DNA of 64,000 nt, from positions 52,142,001 through 52,206,000 of the forward strand of contig NC_087449.1 of assembly GCF_036321535.1 (NCBI RefSeq), read 5' to 3'. The notes below the pieces were generated by a model that had not been told where the DNA came from, searched no databases, and worked only from the letters and a program-made list of their open reading frames with translations. Each line of letters starts with the position of its first letter. The stretch's first letter is position 1. This document shows, piece by piece, positions 1 to 13,445 of the stretch. This DNA is from Camelus dromedarius (taxonomy: Eukaryota). The translations under genes and the position numbers were made by a program.

Positions 1-1307
1 TCTTAACTACTAGCTATACCTGAATGTGACAGAAGTCACCAGCTTATCACTTGTTTTTTACTTAGCTTTGACACTGCATGAAATGAGATGGTATAATCTG
101 CTGCTATCCATATTGAGCAGACATCTTGCCCAGTTATCTAGAAGATAGTCACCCTTTCCTCCTGTTGCCTCTGGTTCATTCCACTGTTGGGTAGAATCTC
201 CAGAAAGAATGAAACAAAAGGAAAAGAGATGAAACTTAGAATGTGACCATTGTGATAATTTGTCAGTGTCATTGTGATAAATTGACAGTGGAGGTGTGTA
301 GGAGAAGAGTTAGCAAGTAATAGCTGAAAGGGGAAGGGATCTGGGGAGTGTTCAGATTTCAGTGTTTCCTCGTAGTTACTTTTCTTTGTCTTGTCTGATG
401 CCTGACAAGTGAGAGTTTTGAAAGGTATGCTTTTCTCCTTGGACACTGTTTAATCAGTGATTGGATATGTTGAGGACCCCTCAGATGGAGACCTAAAGCA
501 GTGCTGTCACCCCCACTCCTCAGCCCATTCTTGGCTCTTGACACCACTAATCTCAAATATCCTGCCTCCCAAATCACTTCCTGCTGGTTGCCCTGTCGGA
601 TGCTACTAAGGCTTGAAGGTCTGTGGAAAATTCCAAGATGGATGCTTTTCTAAGGAGTAGCTATTAGTGCAGGGCAGATACAAAGGTGGAAAAAGAAGCC
701 TTTCAGTCTCACACATAGCCTGAGACCTTGCAGCTGCAGTGGAGCATGCCTGACCCAGGAGAAGTGCGTCTTAATCCTCTCTCAACCCGGGTCAAGTCTG
801 GTGCCACATTCATTTCCCGTCTCTGCTGACCCTCCAGCCCTCATTCCCTCTCAAGTTTTTCCACATGAGCACTGAAGGTGCATTCACCTAAATCTGTACC
901 CTGCTCAAGTTTGGTTAGCTTGGCTTGGATTTCCTGCCCTCACAGGATCTGGTGAATGTTAATAGCCTGTGGAACAGATCCTGGTGGGTGGGTGGTGTTT
1001 GAAGAGATGATCTTGGCCAGCCCTTACCTGTTAGAAGAATCCTAAGTCCACTCTTTCAGTTTTTTTAAATTTCTGCTTATATTCCTCTGCTGATGGGAGG
1101 CTCATTACCTTACAAGAAGCTCATTATCTTATAAGGCTGCCCATATCATTGTTCTGTTCTGACCATTTCCAGGTTTTTCTTTCTTTTGGAGTCAAAATGA
1201 AATGATACTATCAACCATAATGAACCTAGGCTTATAGAGAGGCTTAACTATAGCTGGATGTTTCCATCCTGAAAGTGATGGTGGGTCTTTTTTCTTTGTC
1301 ATTTCAG

Positions 1308-2930
1308 CTACCCAGCAGACAGTAACCAAAGAGGGTCTGGCTTAGTTGGACCCAAAAGATCCAGTGTGGTTAGCCCAAGCCATCCACCACCAGCTCCTCC
1401 TCTGGGCTCTCCACCAGGCCCCAAACCCGGGTTTGCTCCACCACCTGCCCCTCCGCCTCCACCTCCAATGATGAACACTCCACCCCCACCACTGCCTGGA
1501 GGATTTGGGTCTCCAGGGACCCCACCACCACCTTCACCCCCATCTTTCCCACCTCACCCCGATTTTGCTGCCCCTCCACCTCCTCCCCCACCACCAGCAG
1601 CTGACTATTCAACACTGCCACCACCTCCCTTGTCCCAACCAGCAGGAGGAGCCCCTCCCCCTCCGCCTCCCCCACCTCCTCCGGGGCCCCCACCTCCCCC
1701 TTTCAGTGGTGCAGATGGCCAGCCTGCTGCACCTCCGCCACTTTCTGATACCACCAAGCCCAAGTCCTCCTTGCCGCCTGTGAGTGATGCCCGCAGCGAC
1801 TTGCTTTCAGCAATCCGTCAAGGTAAAATCATGAAGCCTTGTCTTCCTACAGCTGGGATGACTGACTGGAGGGTGGACAAGGGGTTCTGTGCCCTTCTAA
1901 GGGACTAGCTTTCACTGGGTGGGGAGAGATTGGGACCTCAGACCTTGGATCAGTCTGAAGGAAGGCTTCACTCTAAAAAAACAGAGGTTTATATTTCTTT
2001 CCACCTTGGTTTAAAGTAAAGGACTCTTAACGTGGGATCTTTGAACTTGAAAATGTATGCTTTGTGTGTGTTTGCATCTATTTTGTGCCCCAGGGGAAAA
2101 CAAGCATCACTGTCCTAGAAGGTACTTCCTCAGCTGGACTGTAACCCCCCTGTCCTCCATTTTTGCCTTTTATATCCTTCCTCCCTACTCCCCCCACTCC
2201 TGCTTCCCACCCCCTTCTTCTCCCCCTTTCTTGCTATCCCCTTCCTTTCCTTTCTCTCTACCTTTCTCCCCTCCCTCATGATCAGTTTACCCTTGGGAGC
2301 ATTTATTCTTTTTCTGTCAGAGTTTGGGTCTGGTGCCAAGGGGTTATAGTGGTTTCTTCTGTTTGATCCTGAAGGGACTGAAGGATTGTCTAGAGGAGAC
2401 AACCTAGCTGAGCTCCATGAAAATCGATGAATTGGGCAGACTGAGTGCCTGCTGCACTCCGGGCAGACTCTGCCCACTCAGATCCTCATTAGAAGTACCA
2501 TCCTCATCGGCCTGAGAGCGCGGAAATCGGGAAGAATGGCAGGCTTCCTTTCAGAAACACCTATAGTGCTGGGGCCACGATTTCATAAAACCTCATCTTT
2601 ACTTCTTGTCCCGTTTCCCCCTTTCCCTCTTGGCTTTCCCAGAGGATCCTTCTTTTTTGTTGTCCTTTCCAGTACCTAACCCCACCACAGCCACCAGGGC
2701 CACTCCCTCTTCCTCAGTCTGGAATGGATTCTGAGACTGACTTGCCTTTTTAACCCTTCTCTCTCCCACCAGGCTTTCAGCTGCGCAGGGTTGAGGAGCA
2801 GCGGGAACAAGAAAAGCGAGATGTTGTGGGCAATGACGTGGCCACCATCTTGTCGCGTCGCATTGCTGTGGAGTACAGCGACTCAGAAGATGACTCCTCT
2901 GAGTTTGATGAGGACGAATGGTCGGATTAA
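1308..2930 (+). CDS. WASF2: WASF2/WAVE2, last two coding exons (1308-1822, 2773-2930): proline-rich region and VCA (WH2-central-acidic) domain; 5' part lies outside the window
   Basis: Acceptor atttcag|c at 1307/1308, donor caag|gtaaa at 1822, acceptor ccaccag|gc at 2772/2773. Joined translation ...[64 protein letters not shown] (TAA 2928-2930) is the WAVE2 VCA domain. Confidence 0.98.
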
Positions 2931-3819
2931 CTCTTCTGCCTGCTGCCCACTTCCTTTTTCTTTCCTTCCTACCTGCCTTCTTTGCTGCCTATCCCAACAG
3001 TCCCAAGGGGAAGAAAAGGGAGAAAAAAAATTTCCAGGGGCCAAAGCCTTCCCTAAAGCAACCAAAGATGTATCCAAGTGCTTCCTCCAAATCAACATGT
3101 ATTTCCCATCTTCCCGTAGTCAGGCCCCATGGGACTCCTGAGATTCAGTAGCTGAGATGTTTCCTGTTCCCTTCAAGTGACTGTTGCATATTGAAGAGAA
3201 GGAAAAACCCCAAAGCAGATCCCTTTGACTGGGTTTAAATTGGAGTTGGTGCCTTCTCCTAAGAGCCATTTTCTGTCGTCTTCTTCCAGAATCCTTGCCC
3301 TCAGCTACTTCGAATAATGCCAGCCATCTTCAGGTTCTAAAGCCTGGAGGGACACAGCTGGCCCCTTTTCCCATGCACTAAGAGGGCAGAGCAGGCCACA
3401 CACCCGAGTGCCTCACCCTTTTGCCCTGATCAGCAGGGTGAGGCTACTTTTTGCTTAAGCCACCTCTGTATCTGGATGCCCTTTATTCCTGGGGCCATCA
3501 AGCCCCTAAAGAAATGTGTCACACACTCCCCCTTCTGCTCAGAAATGACGCCTTTCTGAAAGCAGGGCTGGTTGCCTCCCTCCCAGGCTCCCTCTCATGA
3601 ATGTGGTGTTCAGGTGGCCCTAAAATGCCTCTCCCCCACCACCAGGTGCCTCCAATCACCATAGCCCAGTTCTCACCTCTGATACCCATGACCAAACTAG
3701 CTCTGACACGCAGGGATCTGGGCCTCTGCTGGCTGTCAGGAGCCAAGGTTAGAGACTTGGAACTACAGGACTGGAAAAATGGTAGAGCTCCTTGGGTCCT
3801 GCCCTCTTAATGATGCTGC

Positions 3820-3915
3820 AGCCTAGAGATGGAAGGTGACTTGCTCAAGGTCACACAGTTGGATGGTGACAGAACTAGAGCCCAGAGTTCCTGATTCCAA
3901 ATCACCTGTGCTTTC
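3820..3915 (-). mobile_element. MIR SINE fragment
   Basis: gtgacttgctcaaggtcacacag...agaactagagcccag matches the MIR core in antisense. Confidence 0.65.
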
Positions 3916-5441
3916 TGGGACCAAATAGTGGGCACCCCTGGAGTCTGGGCAGAGCAGTCTTGGCATTGTGTAACTCTAGACCTCACCACAGGTGGGGGTC
4001 CCAGTAGAAGGGCTCAGGGCCTGTGCCAGGCCTGTCAGTGCTGCTCAGACCCTTATAGCCTCTATTGTAATTCTTTGCTCCCCCTTTCCTATCACCAGCC
4101 AACCACCTGGCCTTGAGAGCTGCCCTTTTGGGGGACCAGAGGTAGTGAGAGAAGGAAGAGGGTAGGCAGCGTGACAGGTGCTGCTTTCAATTCCTCTACA
4201 ACTCCTCCCCCTTTTATTTCCCCAATATAAGCGTAGGTTCTGCCAACTGTAGAAACTTCAGTCCCTCAGGCTGGCAGCCGCCTCAGGTAGCTGCCTGGAG
4301 GGGCCTGGCAGCCATGAGAAGGGCTGAAAGGCAGAGGGACTCTGGGTCTTGTTTCCAGCTCCTCTCCTCACTGCACACGATGATGTTCCCTCCTTGCTCC
4401 CCCTTTCTCCCAGAGCTAATACACAGGTGCTATTATTCAGGAAAAAACTGGTCAGCTTTGGCCAACAGTGAGGTTTCTTCTCTTCTGCCCTAACTATTGT
4501 GTAGCCTCTTATGCTGAAACCGGCTTCTCCTGGCTTCTCTGGCTTTCAGAGCCCTGAAACAAAGAGAAACAGGATCTGCCTCTACCCAGCACAGCAAATG
4601 GTTATAGTAATTGTCAAAGCCCTCATAAACCCCTCCGGCTTGAGGAGTGTGTAAGCACGGGTGCTGCTGCTGTGCCCTGGCTGAATGTTCCCCCTCTTCT
4701 TTCCTTGAACTCCAGGTGTGGGGACTGAGCCTTTAGAGGCCAGCATGCCCTCCTGCAGGGGCTGCTCTCCCCAGATCAGATGTCTCTGGCACAGGGCTGG
4801 CACCGGCCCAGTGAGGAGCATATCAGACGGTGTGCACCCCTGCCTTGCTTCCCACCTTGCGATCTGGGAGCTGAAGGGGCTTTCTTCAGAACCTAAAATG
4901 GCTGTTGAAGGTGCCCCTGGCTGCAGCCCAGCAGTGGCTGAAGCGGCAGACGTAGAACAGTGGTTCTTCCAAATAGGTGTCCTGGGGCCTGGCCAGGCCA
5001 GGCCAGGGTTTGGGCCTAATGGCTTTGACTAAATTACCCCCATCCCCCTCCTTCCTGGAAAAGGGGGAGCCAGCACCACTCACTATCATTCTGCTCTGAC
5101 CTTGAAGGGGGCGGTGTTGGCCTGGCTTCTGGAATGGACAGAGTCCGCTGTGGAAAGGGCTGGGGGCAGGAGGAGGTGGGGAGGAGCACTGCCTGCGGAC
5201 GGTAGGATTAGATCATTAGCTCAGTGACCTCCTAGGGTTTCTGTGTGCTGTGTTCTCATCCTACAGCTGGTTTGGTAATGATCTGCAAGTCCCGGAGAGC
5301 AACAGCACAGCTCTACCCAATGCTCTCATTAAAATCTATGCAGCCAAGCTCGGCGCTTTGTAGCAGCCGGCCTTGTGAAGCCTCCTCAGCTGGGGGGGGG
5401 GGGGGTGCTGGGGACCCAGTCAGCCGAGAGGCCCTCTGGGC

Positions 5442-5620
5442 NNNNNNNNNNNNNNNNNNNNNNNNNNNNNNNNNNNNNNNNNNNNNNNNNNNNNNNNNNN
5501 NNNNNNNNNNNNNNNNNNNNNNNNNNNNNNNNNNNNNNNNNNNNNNNNNNNNNNNNNNNNNNNNNNNNNNNNNNNNNNNNNNNNNNNNNNNNNNNNNNNN
5601 NNNNNNNNNNNNNNNNNNNN
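5442..5620. other. Assembly gap (179 N), preceded by a 14-nt G run at 5392-5405
   Basis: N run seen directly. Confidence 1.
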
Positions 5621-8334
5621 CTTTAAGATGATAAAGGACCTTGTGCAGGTAATTGTGTGTCTTTGGAATCCTGTAATTATAGAATGCAAAGTTTAGTGAT
5701 TATTTAAATTGGGCTGAGGCTGGTAAGAATATGGAGCAATGGCCCATAAGGACTCTAAGGGCTGAAGCCTGGGAGCCACCTCCCTTCCCTGGTCTGCCCA
5801 GCCCAGGGTCCTGCCCCCATTCCTGTGGCCCAGGGGCCCAGCTTCCAGTCGGCAAGGTCAGAAGTGACTTGTGGCTTTGCCGTGGTTGTGAGATGAGCAC
5901 ATTCCAAAGAAGCAACCATGGGGAGGGGGCAGGCTCAGCGATCCCTTGGAGGCTCAGAGCAGCTGGCCCAAGCTCTAGCTCTCCTCCAGCGGAAGCTCAA
6001 GCGCCCTCAAAAACGACCCTGGCCAATGTCACCACAGAGCTGAGGCGGTGTTGTCAGGGCTAATGTGAAATCTCTTCCCGTGGCGCCGATCCTCCGGCTC
6101 TGCAGCGCCAGCTTGGACAGATTGAGGTCTCTGTGGCTTTGGTGACCCTGCTTAAGCATTCCCACCGTGTCCCAGCTCTGCGCTCAGCCTGCCTCCCACT
6201 GCAGCCCCCCTCACCTGACCTCAGGGCCTGGGAGGGGGGTGGGCAGTGCCCCAAGGCCAGGGACTTTTGCTCAGGAGAGATGTCAGGCTTTCTAGGGGCA
6301 TCAGGCTTTGAGCTGTACTGGGCTCCAGCTAACCTGGGACCAGGTGTTGCCCAGAGATGCGCCTCATCCTGTGCCTCAGGAAGGGCTAGGGAACAATTTT
6401 GTTACTGTATTAACTTTACTCAGCTCACTTGAGAAACTAACCAATTTTTACTTTCTGTCTAGAATGATGTATGTGTAGGAGAGCTCCCAAAGTGCCTTGT
6501 TTTCTCTGTTATAAATATATTTATAAGGACCTGATCCAGTGGATTCTTGGGTGTGTCTGCTACATCAAGATTTTAGGGACTGGGCATATATGTAGTGGGG
6601 CTACAGTCTGAAGATGGGTCCCCTTCCCCTGAAGATGGGAAAGGAGCTTAAGGTGGAGATCTGAGTAATGGGGTTAAGCCAAACACCTAAAGTGACCCTT
6701 TCCTCTTCACCCTACTCCTCTCAGGTCCTTGGAAGGATGTCCAGTTTTTTAAAGCCCTGTGCCTCCAAGCCCGGTCTCATTTGAGTCCTTGCCAGGCTCA
6801 TGTGTGTACTACATTAGCACCCCAGTGACCTGAAGATTCCATGTAACTTTTATCTATACATGCGAATACATAAATGCCAGCATTTTAAGTAATTTGATAA
6901 AGTCTTTGTAGCCACTCAGCCACCTCTGGTGTGTGTGTCTGTGTGTCTGTATGTGTTTAATGGGAGAAATAGAAGGGGGCAACACTGATAGCCACAGGTG
7001 GTGGCCAGAGTTCCGGAGGGAGGGTGGTGTGGGTGGGCTCGGAGGGCAGGAGGCCTCTGGGTCTGGATTGTGCACCCCGTGCAGGAGGTGGGGGATAAAG
7101 GCCAAAACCCTTCTGGTTTAGGAGGAACCTTAACTGGGGGACCTAGAGGCCCTCAGCTGGCAGGGGCTGCCGGCAACTCCTTGCATCAGGCAGGAGAGAC
7201 GCACAAGCTGAATGCTGATGCTGCCTCCCAACATCTGGCCGGCATCTTGTCTGCCTCTCAGACCCAAGCAACTTACCTTAAATAGAACGATTTACAATGG
7301 AATCCGATAAAAGGTTTAGGCTGCTCCACACCCCCTCTCCTGCCTGGGAAGTCAAGGGGGCTGGGTTTATATTCTGACCCCAAAAAATGACCTACCCAGG
7401 AAGCAACGGTTGTTCTGAGCGCAGCTGCTGCGGGTAACTGTCCCTGGGGGTAATTTATGAGCAGACACCCAATTCCTGGGCCAGCAGACACAGTGGAGTG
7501 GCCCCAGGAGAGGGGTAGGAACAGGGTTGGTGACTTGGCTGGTCATGCCTGCTGTTCAGTCACCCACTGGCATCCCAGGAGAGGGGGCAGAAGTTTTGAA
7601 TTGTCAGCAACTGCTGCGCCAGCCACTCTGAGCTCATCGCTGAAGGTGGGGGTGCAGGGGAGGGGGCGCGGGAGCCGGCTCGCCCCAGCGGAGCCCCTCT
7701 CTCCACCCTCCTGCTCAGGCCTGTGTTTAGTCAGCACTTGGCTTCCCGAGGCCGGTGACTGACAGGCAGCCAGACGCCCGCCCTGGGAGAAGACAAAATG
7801 GTGGTGTCGGGAGCCGCCCTTGCTGGAGAATTGGAGGGAAGGAATGTGGTTCTGGGAAGCCAGAAGTCTGGGCTTAAATTCCAGCTCCTCCACTTGGGAG
7901 CTGTGACCCTGCACTTCAGCTTATTTCAACCTTATGAGTCAAGGGTCTTCCATTTTACACTTAAGAAAAACAGATTCAGAGAGGTTAAGTGAGTTGCCTA
8001 AGATCACATAGCTGGCCCAGAGAAGAGCCACAGTTCACACATGGGTCTCCCATGCTCTGTCCACTGTGCAACTTAAAACAGTTTTCAGAATATTTTCGTC
8101 TGGAATCATAGTCTTTAGTGCCATAGGATGCGTGCTAAAGGTTTTCTGTTATGGTCTACCTCACCCCCCGGTGCCCAGTTTGATAGGTGATGGTTATTTT
8201 TGCTCTTACTTTGAAGTCAAGTGCTAGACTGAGGGCCCAGCTATCCTTTAGAATTAGAAGTACCATGTGCCCTCAACTACTTGGAACAAAGTGGATTCCC
8301 TAGGTATGGGCTGGGGCTTCCAACAGACACACCC

Positions 8335-8530
8335 TCAATATGTGCACACACACCTGTTCAGGTGCACACATTTGTGCACACTCAGAGACACCTGCACATG
8401 TGAGTAGGCACGCTTGAGAACCATGCCCAGGGACACATGCACACAGAGCCCTGTCCTTGTGCAAACAAGGACACAGATCAGCACGCAGTTACAGGAACAC
8501 ACGTAAGTGCAAGCAAACCTCACACAAAGT
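8335..8530. repeat. Degenerate (CA/TG)n low-complexity tract
   Basis: gtgcacacacac/catgcacac units. Confidence 0.7.
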
Positions 8531-9629
8531 CCTCAGGACCCACCCCTCCCTTTGTGCTGCCTCTGCCAGTTCCTCACTGCCCTCTCCTGGCTGCCCAGTG
8601 GCCAGGGCAACCTGGCACCATCTCCTGTAAGTTCTGCTCTAGGGTAGTTGTCAGCTAGTTCTCTCCTAGAACAGGAGGCTAGGAGCATTTTCAGGTGCTC
8701 CCCAAGGCCAGCCTTAGCCTCAGGAGATGATGGTGCTAGTAGGAGACAAACTGGAGGACAAAAAAAGGCCTTCCACACCCAAAAGAATCTCTCATGATAA
8801 AATTGTCAATATCATGGTGGCAGGAGTCTGCATAGACTCCCTCCCACCACAGCAGGCAGCCACCCCCTCCCTTATCTTGGGAATATGCACACACCTGCTC
8901 ATGCTCTGCATGCATATTTAAAGCAGACTTCCTGGCTAAGTCAACAGTCAGGTCTTCTAGTTCCTACCTTGCTCTTTCCCCTGTGGGCCTCAGCTTCCTC
9001 ACCTATTCAATGAGGACTTGATCAGAATGATGTATGCTGCCCCTCCACTCTGGCGTTTCATTCACTATCTTGGGAACTAAACTCTCCCAGACATATGTGC
9101 CTAAGTAACACACATCCATAAACATGCCCCCATGGACTCCTCAGGTCAGTCCTGGGAGGTTTACCAACACATAGCTTTTTATTCCTATTTTATAGTTGAG
9201 GAAACACAAGCACAGAGAGGCACAACAACTTGCCCAGAGTCACACAGCAAGTTGGCAGCAAGCATGGAAATAGAAACCCTCTTCTTTCCAATACCCCAGG
9301 CCACCTGCAAGAGAGTAGAACACCCTGTGCACTCTGGCCCAGAGCCAAGGAAACAGGAACTACAGAAGTGAAAGCCACAACCTCTGCCCTTCTGTCCAGG
9401 AGCCCTGAAGGCTGAGGAGAACCCAGAAGACGTCCCAGGCTTGGGCATTAGCATGGAGGCTGGGAAAAGGCAACCTGGAACCTGGGTGAGTTCCACCACT
9501 GCCCACTCCCATCTGTAGACTGTAGGAACCTCAAGCTTCCTATTCCTCTGCAAAGCCAGTGGCTGGCCCTCCATTGAGGGGTTCTCCTTATTCTGTGGCC
9601 ACTTGGTATCTTGTTCATCAAGGTAGGTA

Positions 9630-9960
9630 CACACATGTGAGTGGTATGTGCATGCATGCCTATAAGTTTACTTAGGTATACATTTATAGACATGTAAATT
9701 TGTGTTTGCAAGCCTGTATACTTGTGACTACATTTGTATGTTTAGGTGAAGTGTGTTTGAATGTACATATGTAAATGGTTTCTGCATATAAGGTAGGTGA
9801 ATTTATGAATGTGTGAGATTTTGCTTGTGTGCATACTGGGTTTATTCAGTACTTGAGTGTGTGCAAATGTCCACATGCATTAGTGTGAAGAAGTGGGGTG
9901 GAACATGTCCACACACACAACTGTTGAGTGTGTGGAAAATTGCGTGCATGGAAGGCTTCA
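9630..9960. repeat. Degenerate (TG/TA)n tract
   Basis: Alternating purine-pyrimidine content (tgtg, tatg, catg). Confidence 0.65.
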
Positions 9961-10369
9961 AGTGACTGGGTACACACGAATCCTAGGAGTGCCCTCCCCC
10001 AGCCCTGGAATAGGGGTGCCCTTCCTGACTCCAGTCAGGCACAGGGCTCGCAGCACCCCCACCCCACCTTGCACTCTATTCCCCAGACCCATCCTGCTTG
10101 GCCAATTTGCAGCCTCTCACTCCCAGCTCCCGAGAAGGCCTGCAGAAGGCCTGCAGCAAAGTCAAGGGGCTGGTGGCCAATTAGCGAGGGGTTAATCAGG
10201 GATCTGGGGACCCCCGGGGGGTGGGAAGCCAAGGCAGGCATTGGGGTTGGCAGGAGCATGAGCTGCCTGTCATGAGGCTGGGGGAGGGGAGCCTGAGCCC
10301 ACTGGATGGTGCTGGAAACCAAGGGTCTGTCTATGAATTCATGATTGCTGAGCACTGACAGTGAGGAGC

Positions 10370-10860
10370 CTGTGTGACTGTGTACACTGCGCAGAAGGAC
10401 ATTCAAGTCCTTGACTGTGGTTCTGTATGCAGATGTGTGTACATGATTATGGATACCATGTGTATGCACATGTGCCGTTTTGTGTCTGTAGATACATGGT
10501 GTGCAGTGGTGTACAGATGGGTCTGGGTATGCAAGCATGTCTGGAACTGTGTGCACACATGTATATACAGGGTAAGTTTGTATACATATGTGTGTGCAAG
10601 GGCATGTGCATACATTTAAGCATGTGCTTCTGTGTGCAAACATGTGCACATTAAGTTGACATAGCCTGTGCACATGTGTGCTATGATTTATCTGTGCGGC
10701 CAGTTGTGTGTACCAGTGTGCAGACACATCTGGGTATATGTGCGTGTCTGGATGTGTGTGCATGTGTGTATGTTCTCTGAACATCCAGTGACATATGTGC
10801 CCCTGTGCACATGCCCTTGTTCGCGTAGCTGTGTGCGCACAGGTCTCAGCATGTAGGGAC
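10370..10860. repeat. Long degenerate (TG/CA)n tract
   Basis: About 490 bp of tgtgca/tgtgta/catgtg units; source of the spurious His/Thr/Val/Cys-rich ORFs. Confidence 0.8.
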
Positions 10861-13249
10861 CTGGGGGATGTGGGGCTGGCGGGCTCTAGGCTCTAGGCTC
10901 CAGGAGAGAATCTGACAGACGAGACTTGCCGCAGCCCCCAGCCCCGGGAGCCTGTTTTCCAGCCTGCAGAAGCTGTGAGCCCGTGAACTCATCTTATATT
11001 AATAGCTGCTGTCTCCTCACTTATTGCAGGGAGAGCTGGTCATGGCCCTGGCGGGGGCTGCCCCCTCCCCCACACAGGACCTGGGAAGAAGGGGAGGAGA
11101 GGTGGGACACACCCCCACCCCCACCCCAAGGCCTACCCCAGCAGGAAGGCAGGGCTCTGGGCCCCAGCCCTTGCCTCCCTCAAGCCAGGGAGCCCCCACT
11201 GCCCAGTTCACCCTCCCCAGCCTCTGTAACTGGGTGGGATCAGGCATGGAGTTGGACAACAGGCAAAGGCAGAGAGGCTGGAAGGCTTGGCTACCCTACT
11301 CCCAAAACACATACAGACACACACACATGCATGCACACACACAGGTGTGTAGTGCTGAGCAGCCCCAGGCTGAGTGCCAGATGAGTCTGAGTCTGAAAGA
11401 GACATAGAAGGCTTTAGTTTGAGGGGGTAGACATGCCCCTTCTCTCAGGGACTCTCATTTTGAAGGGGGACATAGCCTTAATGGGCCCCCATTCTGACAA
11501 GGAAGGCAAGACTTCTTTATAAATATTTACTAAGGAGAATTGTAGCAAGGTGTGTTGTACAAACCACATCTTCACAGCCACAGGAGGGCTTAGCCAAGGA
11601 GGCTTCCTGGAGGAGGCTTGAAGTGGGGGTATACAGAGGACCTCAGGTGTACCTGCAGAATCCTGGGAGGAGGGAGAGGCCAGCTAGCCCCACCACACAC
11701 ACGGGCTCCAACCCAGGGGCAGATTCAGACACTCTTCGGGTAGGCCCAGGACCCAAGGCAGGGACTATAGATGCAGGCTCCCAGAAATGCCTCAGATCCA
11801 CCACACAACCAAACCCAGACAGAGAAGGACTCACAGCATGACGGTCCCCCATAGGCCCTCACAGACACGAAGCTGGCAAGCAGTAGGCTCTGCTGGGCCC
11901 TAGAGCCACAAGCCAGGATGGGGAAGCAAAGGGCTAAGTCCACCCAGGGTAGGATAGGCACCTGGTCCCACCTCCTTCTGGACCTTGGTGGGGGCTCCTT
12001 GGGAGTGTGGCGGAGGCAGCAAGGAGGCCCTTTCGTACACTGGCCCTCTCAAAGGTCTGGGGGTAGCCTGGAGACCCTCAACTTTTCCCCTCCCTGCCCT
12101 GGTTTCCTTGCTTGCTGTTTCTGAGCTGCTTCTGAAACCTATTCCCTCACCTAGGAGAGAAACAGATTTAGAGAAAAATGGACCTGGGTTCAAATCTCAG
12201 CTCAACTCCTACTGTGTGACTTTAGGCAAATCAAAAGCCATCTTCAGTAAGATCTTTTTTGGGACACCCTCCTTAAAGATTACATGAATTTCCTGTGCCC
12301 CTTCTCTTTTTCTCTGAACACTTATCACTCTCTGACATTACCATATTTTAACTTGTCTCTTAATTACTGCCTCCCCTGGCTAGAATTTATGCTGCCCACA
12401 AGGACAAGCATTGAATGAATGAAAGCCCATTACTCTCAAAGCCTCAACTTTCTCTTCTGTAAAATGGGGAGAGCAATAGTACCATCCAGTGGGCCACCGT
12501 GATGTTGTGTGAAATGTTTAGTGTGGCCGGGTTGAGGGGGCGCTTGTTGAGAGGGGATCTTTTCCCAGGGACCTTCCAGGAAGGTGGGGAGAGAAGATAA
12601 AACTTGACCTGACCAGGTGGAGCTTCCCCACTTTGTGCCTAGACTGGAGCTCATCCCAGACCCATCCTCCACCGGCTCTGACCCAGCCCCTGCTGGCATG
12701 TTTACTCCCCTTAGACTCCCATGGCTACTATTGGGGAGGAGTCTTGAACACCAAAAAGATCTCTGGCCAGGGAAATGGGGAGAGACCTGGGTCTTAGACT
12801 GGCACAGCTATCTGAGTTTGAGCAAGTGGCTGTTCCTCGTCAGGCCTCAGTCTCCCCATCTGTACAATGGAGATGCTCTGAGGGCCTCGCCTCCAGGCTT
12901 TGCACATCTGGGAGGCTGAGGGGGTTTAGCTAGTCAGAGCTTCCTCTTCAGCCACACCCCAAACGTGTTCCTGCCCTTGCCTGGTGAACACGTTCTGGTT
13001 CCAAAACACCCAAATTCAGGGTCCTGCACACTTAGGTCTTCAAATGCACACAAGAGCACATGCACACACTTACCATCATTCACCTTTGCATAGAAAAATC
13101 TCTTCCAGCTCCTGAATATACAGACCCCATCAACCACCTCCCAAAATGTGGCCACTGGCTCTGAGATTGAACCCCAACACAAATCTGGGTCCAGAATTTC
13201 CTAAGCCCTAGGCTTGGGAAGGGACCATTGGCCAGTACAGTGCACAGGT

Positions 13250-13445
13250 TCCTGGTTTGAATCCTGGCTCTACCATTTCCTAGCTGTATGAGCCAGTCAC
13301 CTGAGCTAGTCACTGAACCTCCTTCGGCCTGGTTCCTTATCTGTAAAATGGAGAAGATATTACCTGTGACATGGGATGCTTGTTAGGCATAAATTAGGTA
13401 ATGTACATAGTACACTTAGCACAGTACCTAGCATACAGTAAAGAC
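13250..13445 (+). mobile_element. MIR SINE
   Basis: tttgaatcctggctctaccatttcctagctg...ccttatctgtaaaatggagaag...cttagcacagtacctagcatacagtaa. Confidence 0.8.

Larger units (their letters stand above)
2931..6925 (+). other. WASF2: WASF2 3' UTR, about 4 kb; end point inferred
   Basis: Follows the stop codon. Candidate end has variant hexamers AATACA 6865, CATAAA 6869 and GATAAA 6896, followed by a GT-rich tract from about 6928. Interrupted by the assembly gap. Confidence 0.6.

Noticed and set aside
1823-1908. ORF-track extension of the WASF2 ORF (GKIMKPCLP...)
   Set aside because: Read-through past a strong donor at 1822; the real frame continues at 2773
2290-2580. Possible cryptic exon in the last WASF2 intron
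   Set aside because: All three frames after the ttctgtcag acceptor hit stops within about 30 codons and show no recognisable homology
3668-3925. miR-146 (AGTTCTCA 3668) and miR-133 (GGACCAAA 3918) 8-mer sites in the WASF2 3' UTR
   Set aside because: Single 8-mers are expected by chance in a 4-kb UTR given many miRNA families; conservation cannot be assessed here
5245-5689. ORFs spanning the N run
   Set aside because: Artefacts of translating an assembly gap
10035-10784. 249-aa ORF as a novel gene
   Set aside because: His/Thr/Val-rich translation of a degenerate CA/TG tract; no splice or promoter context
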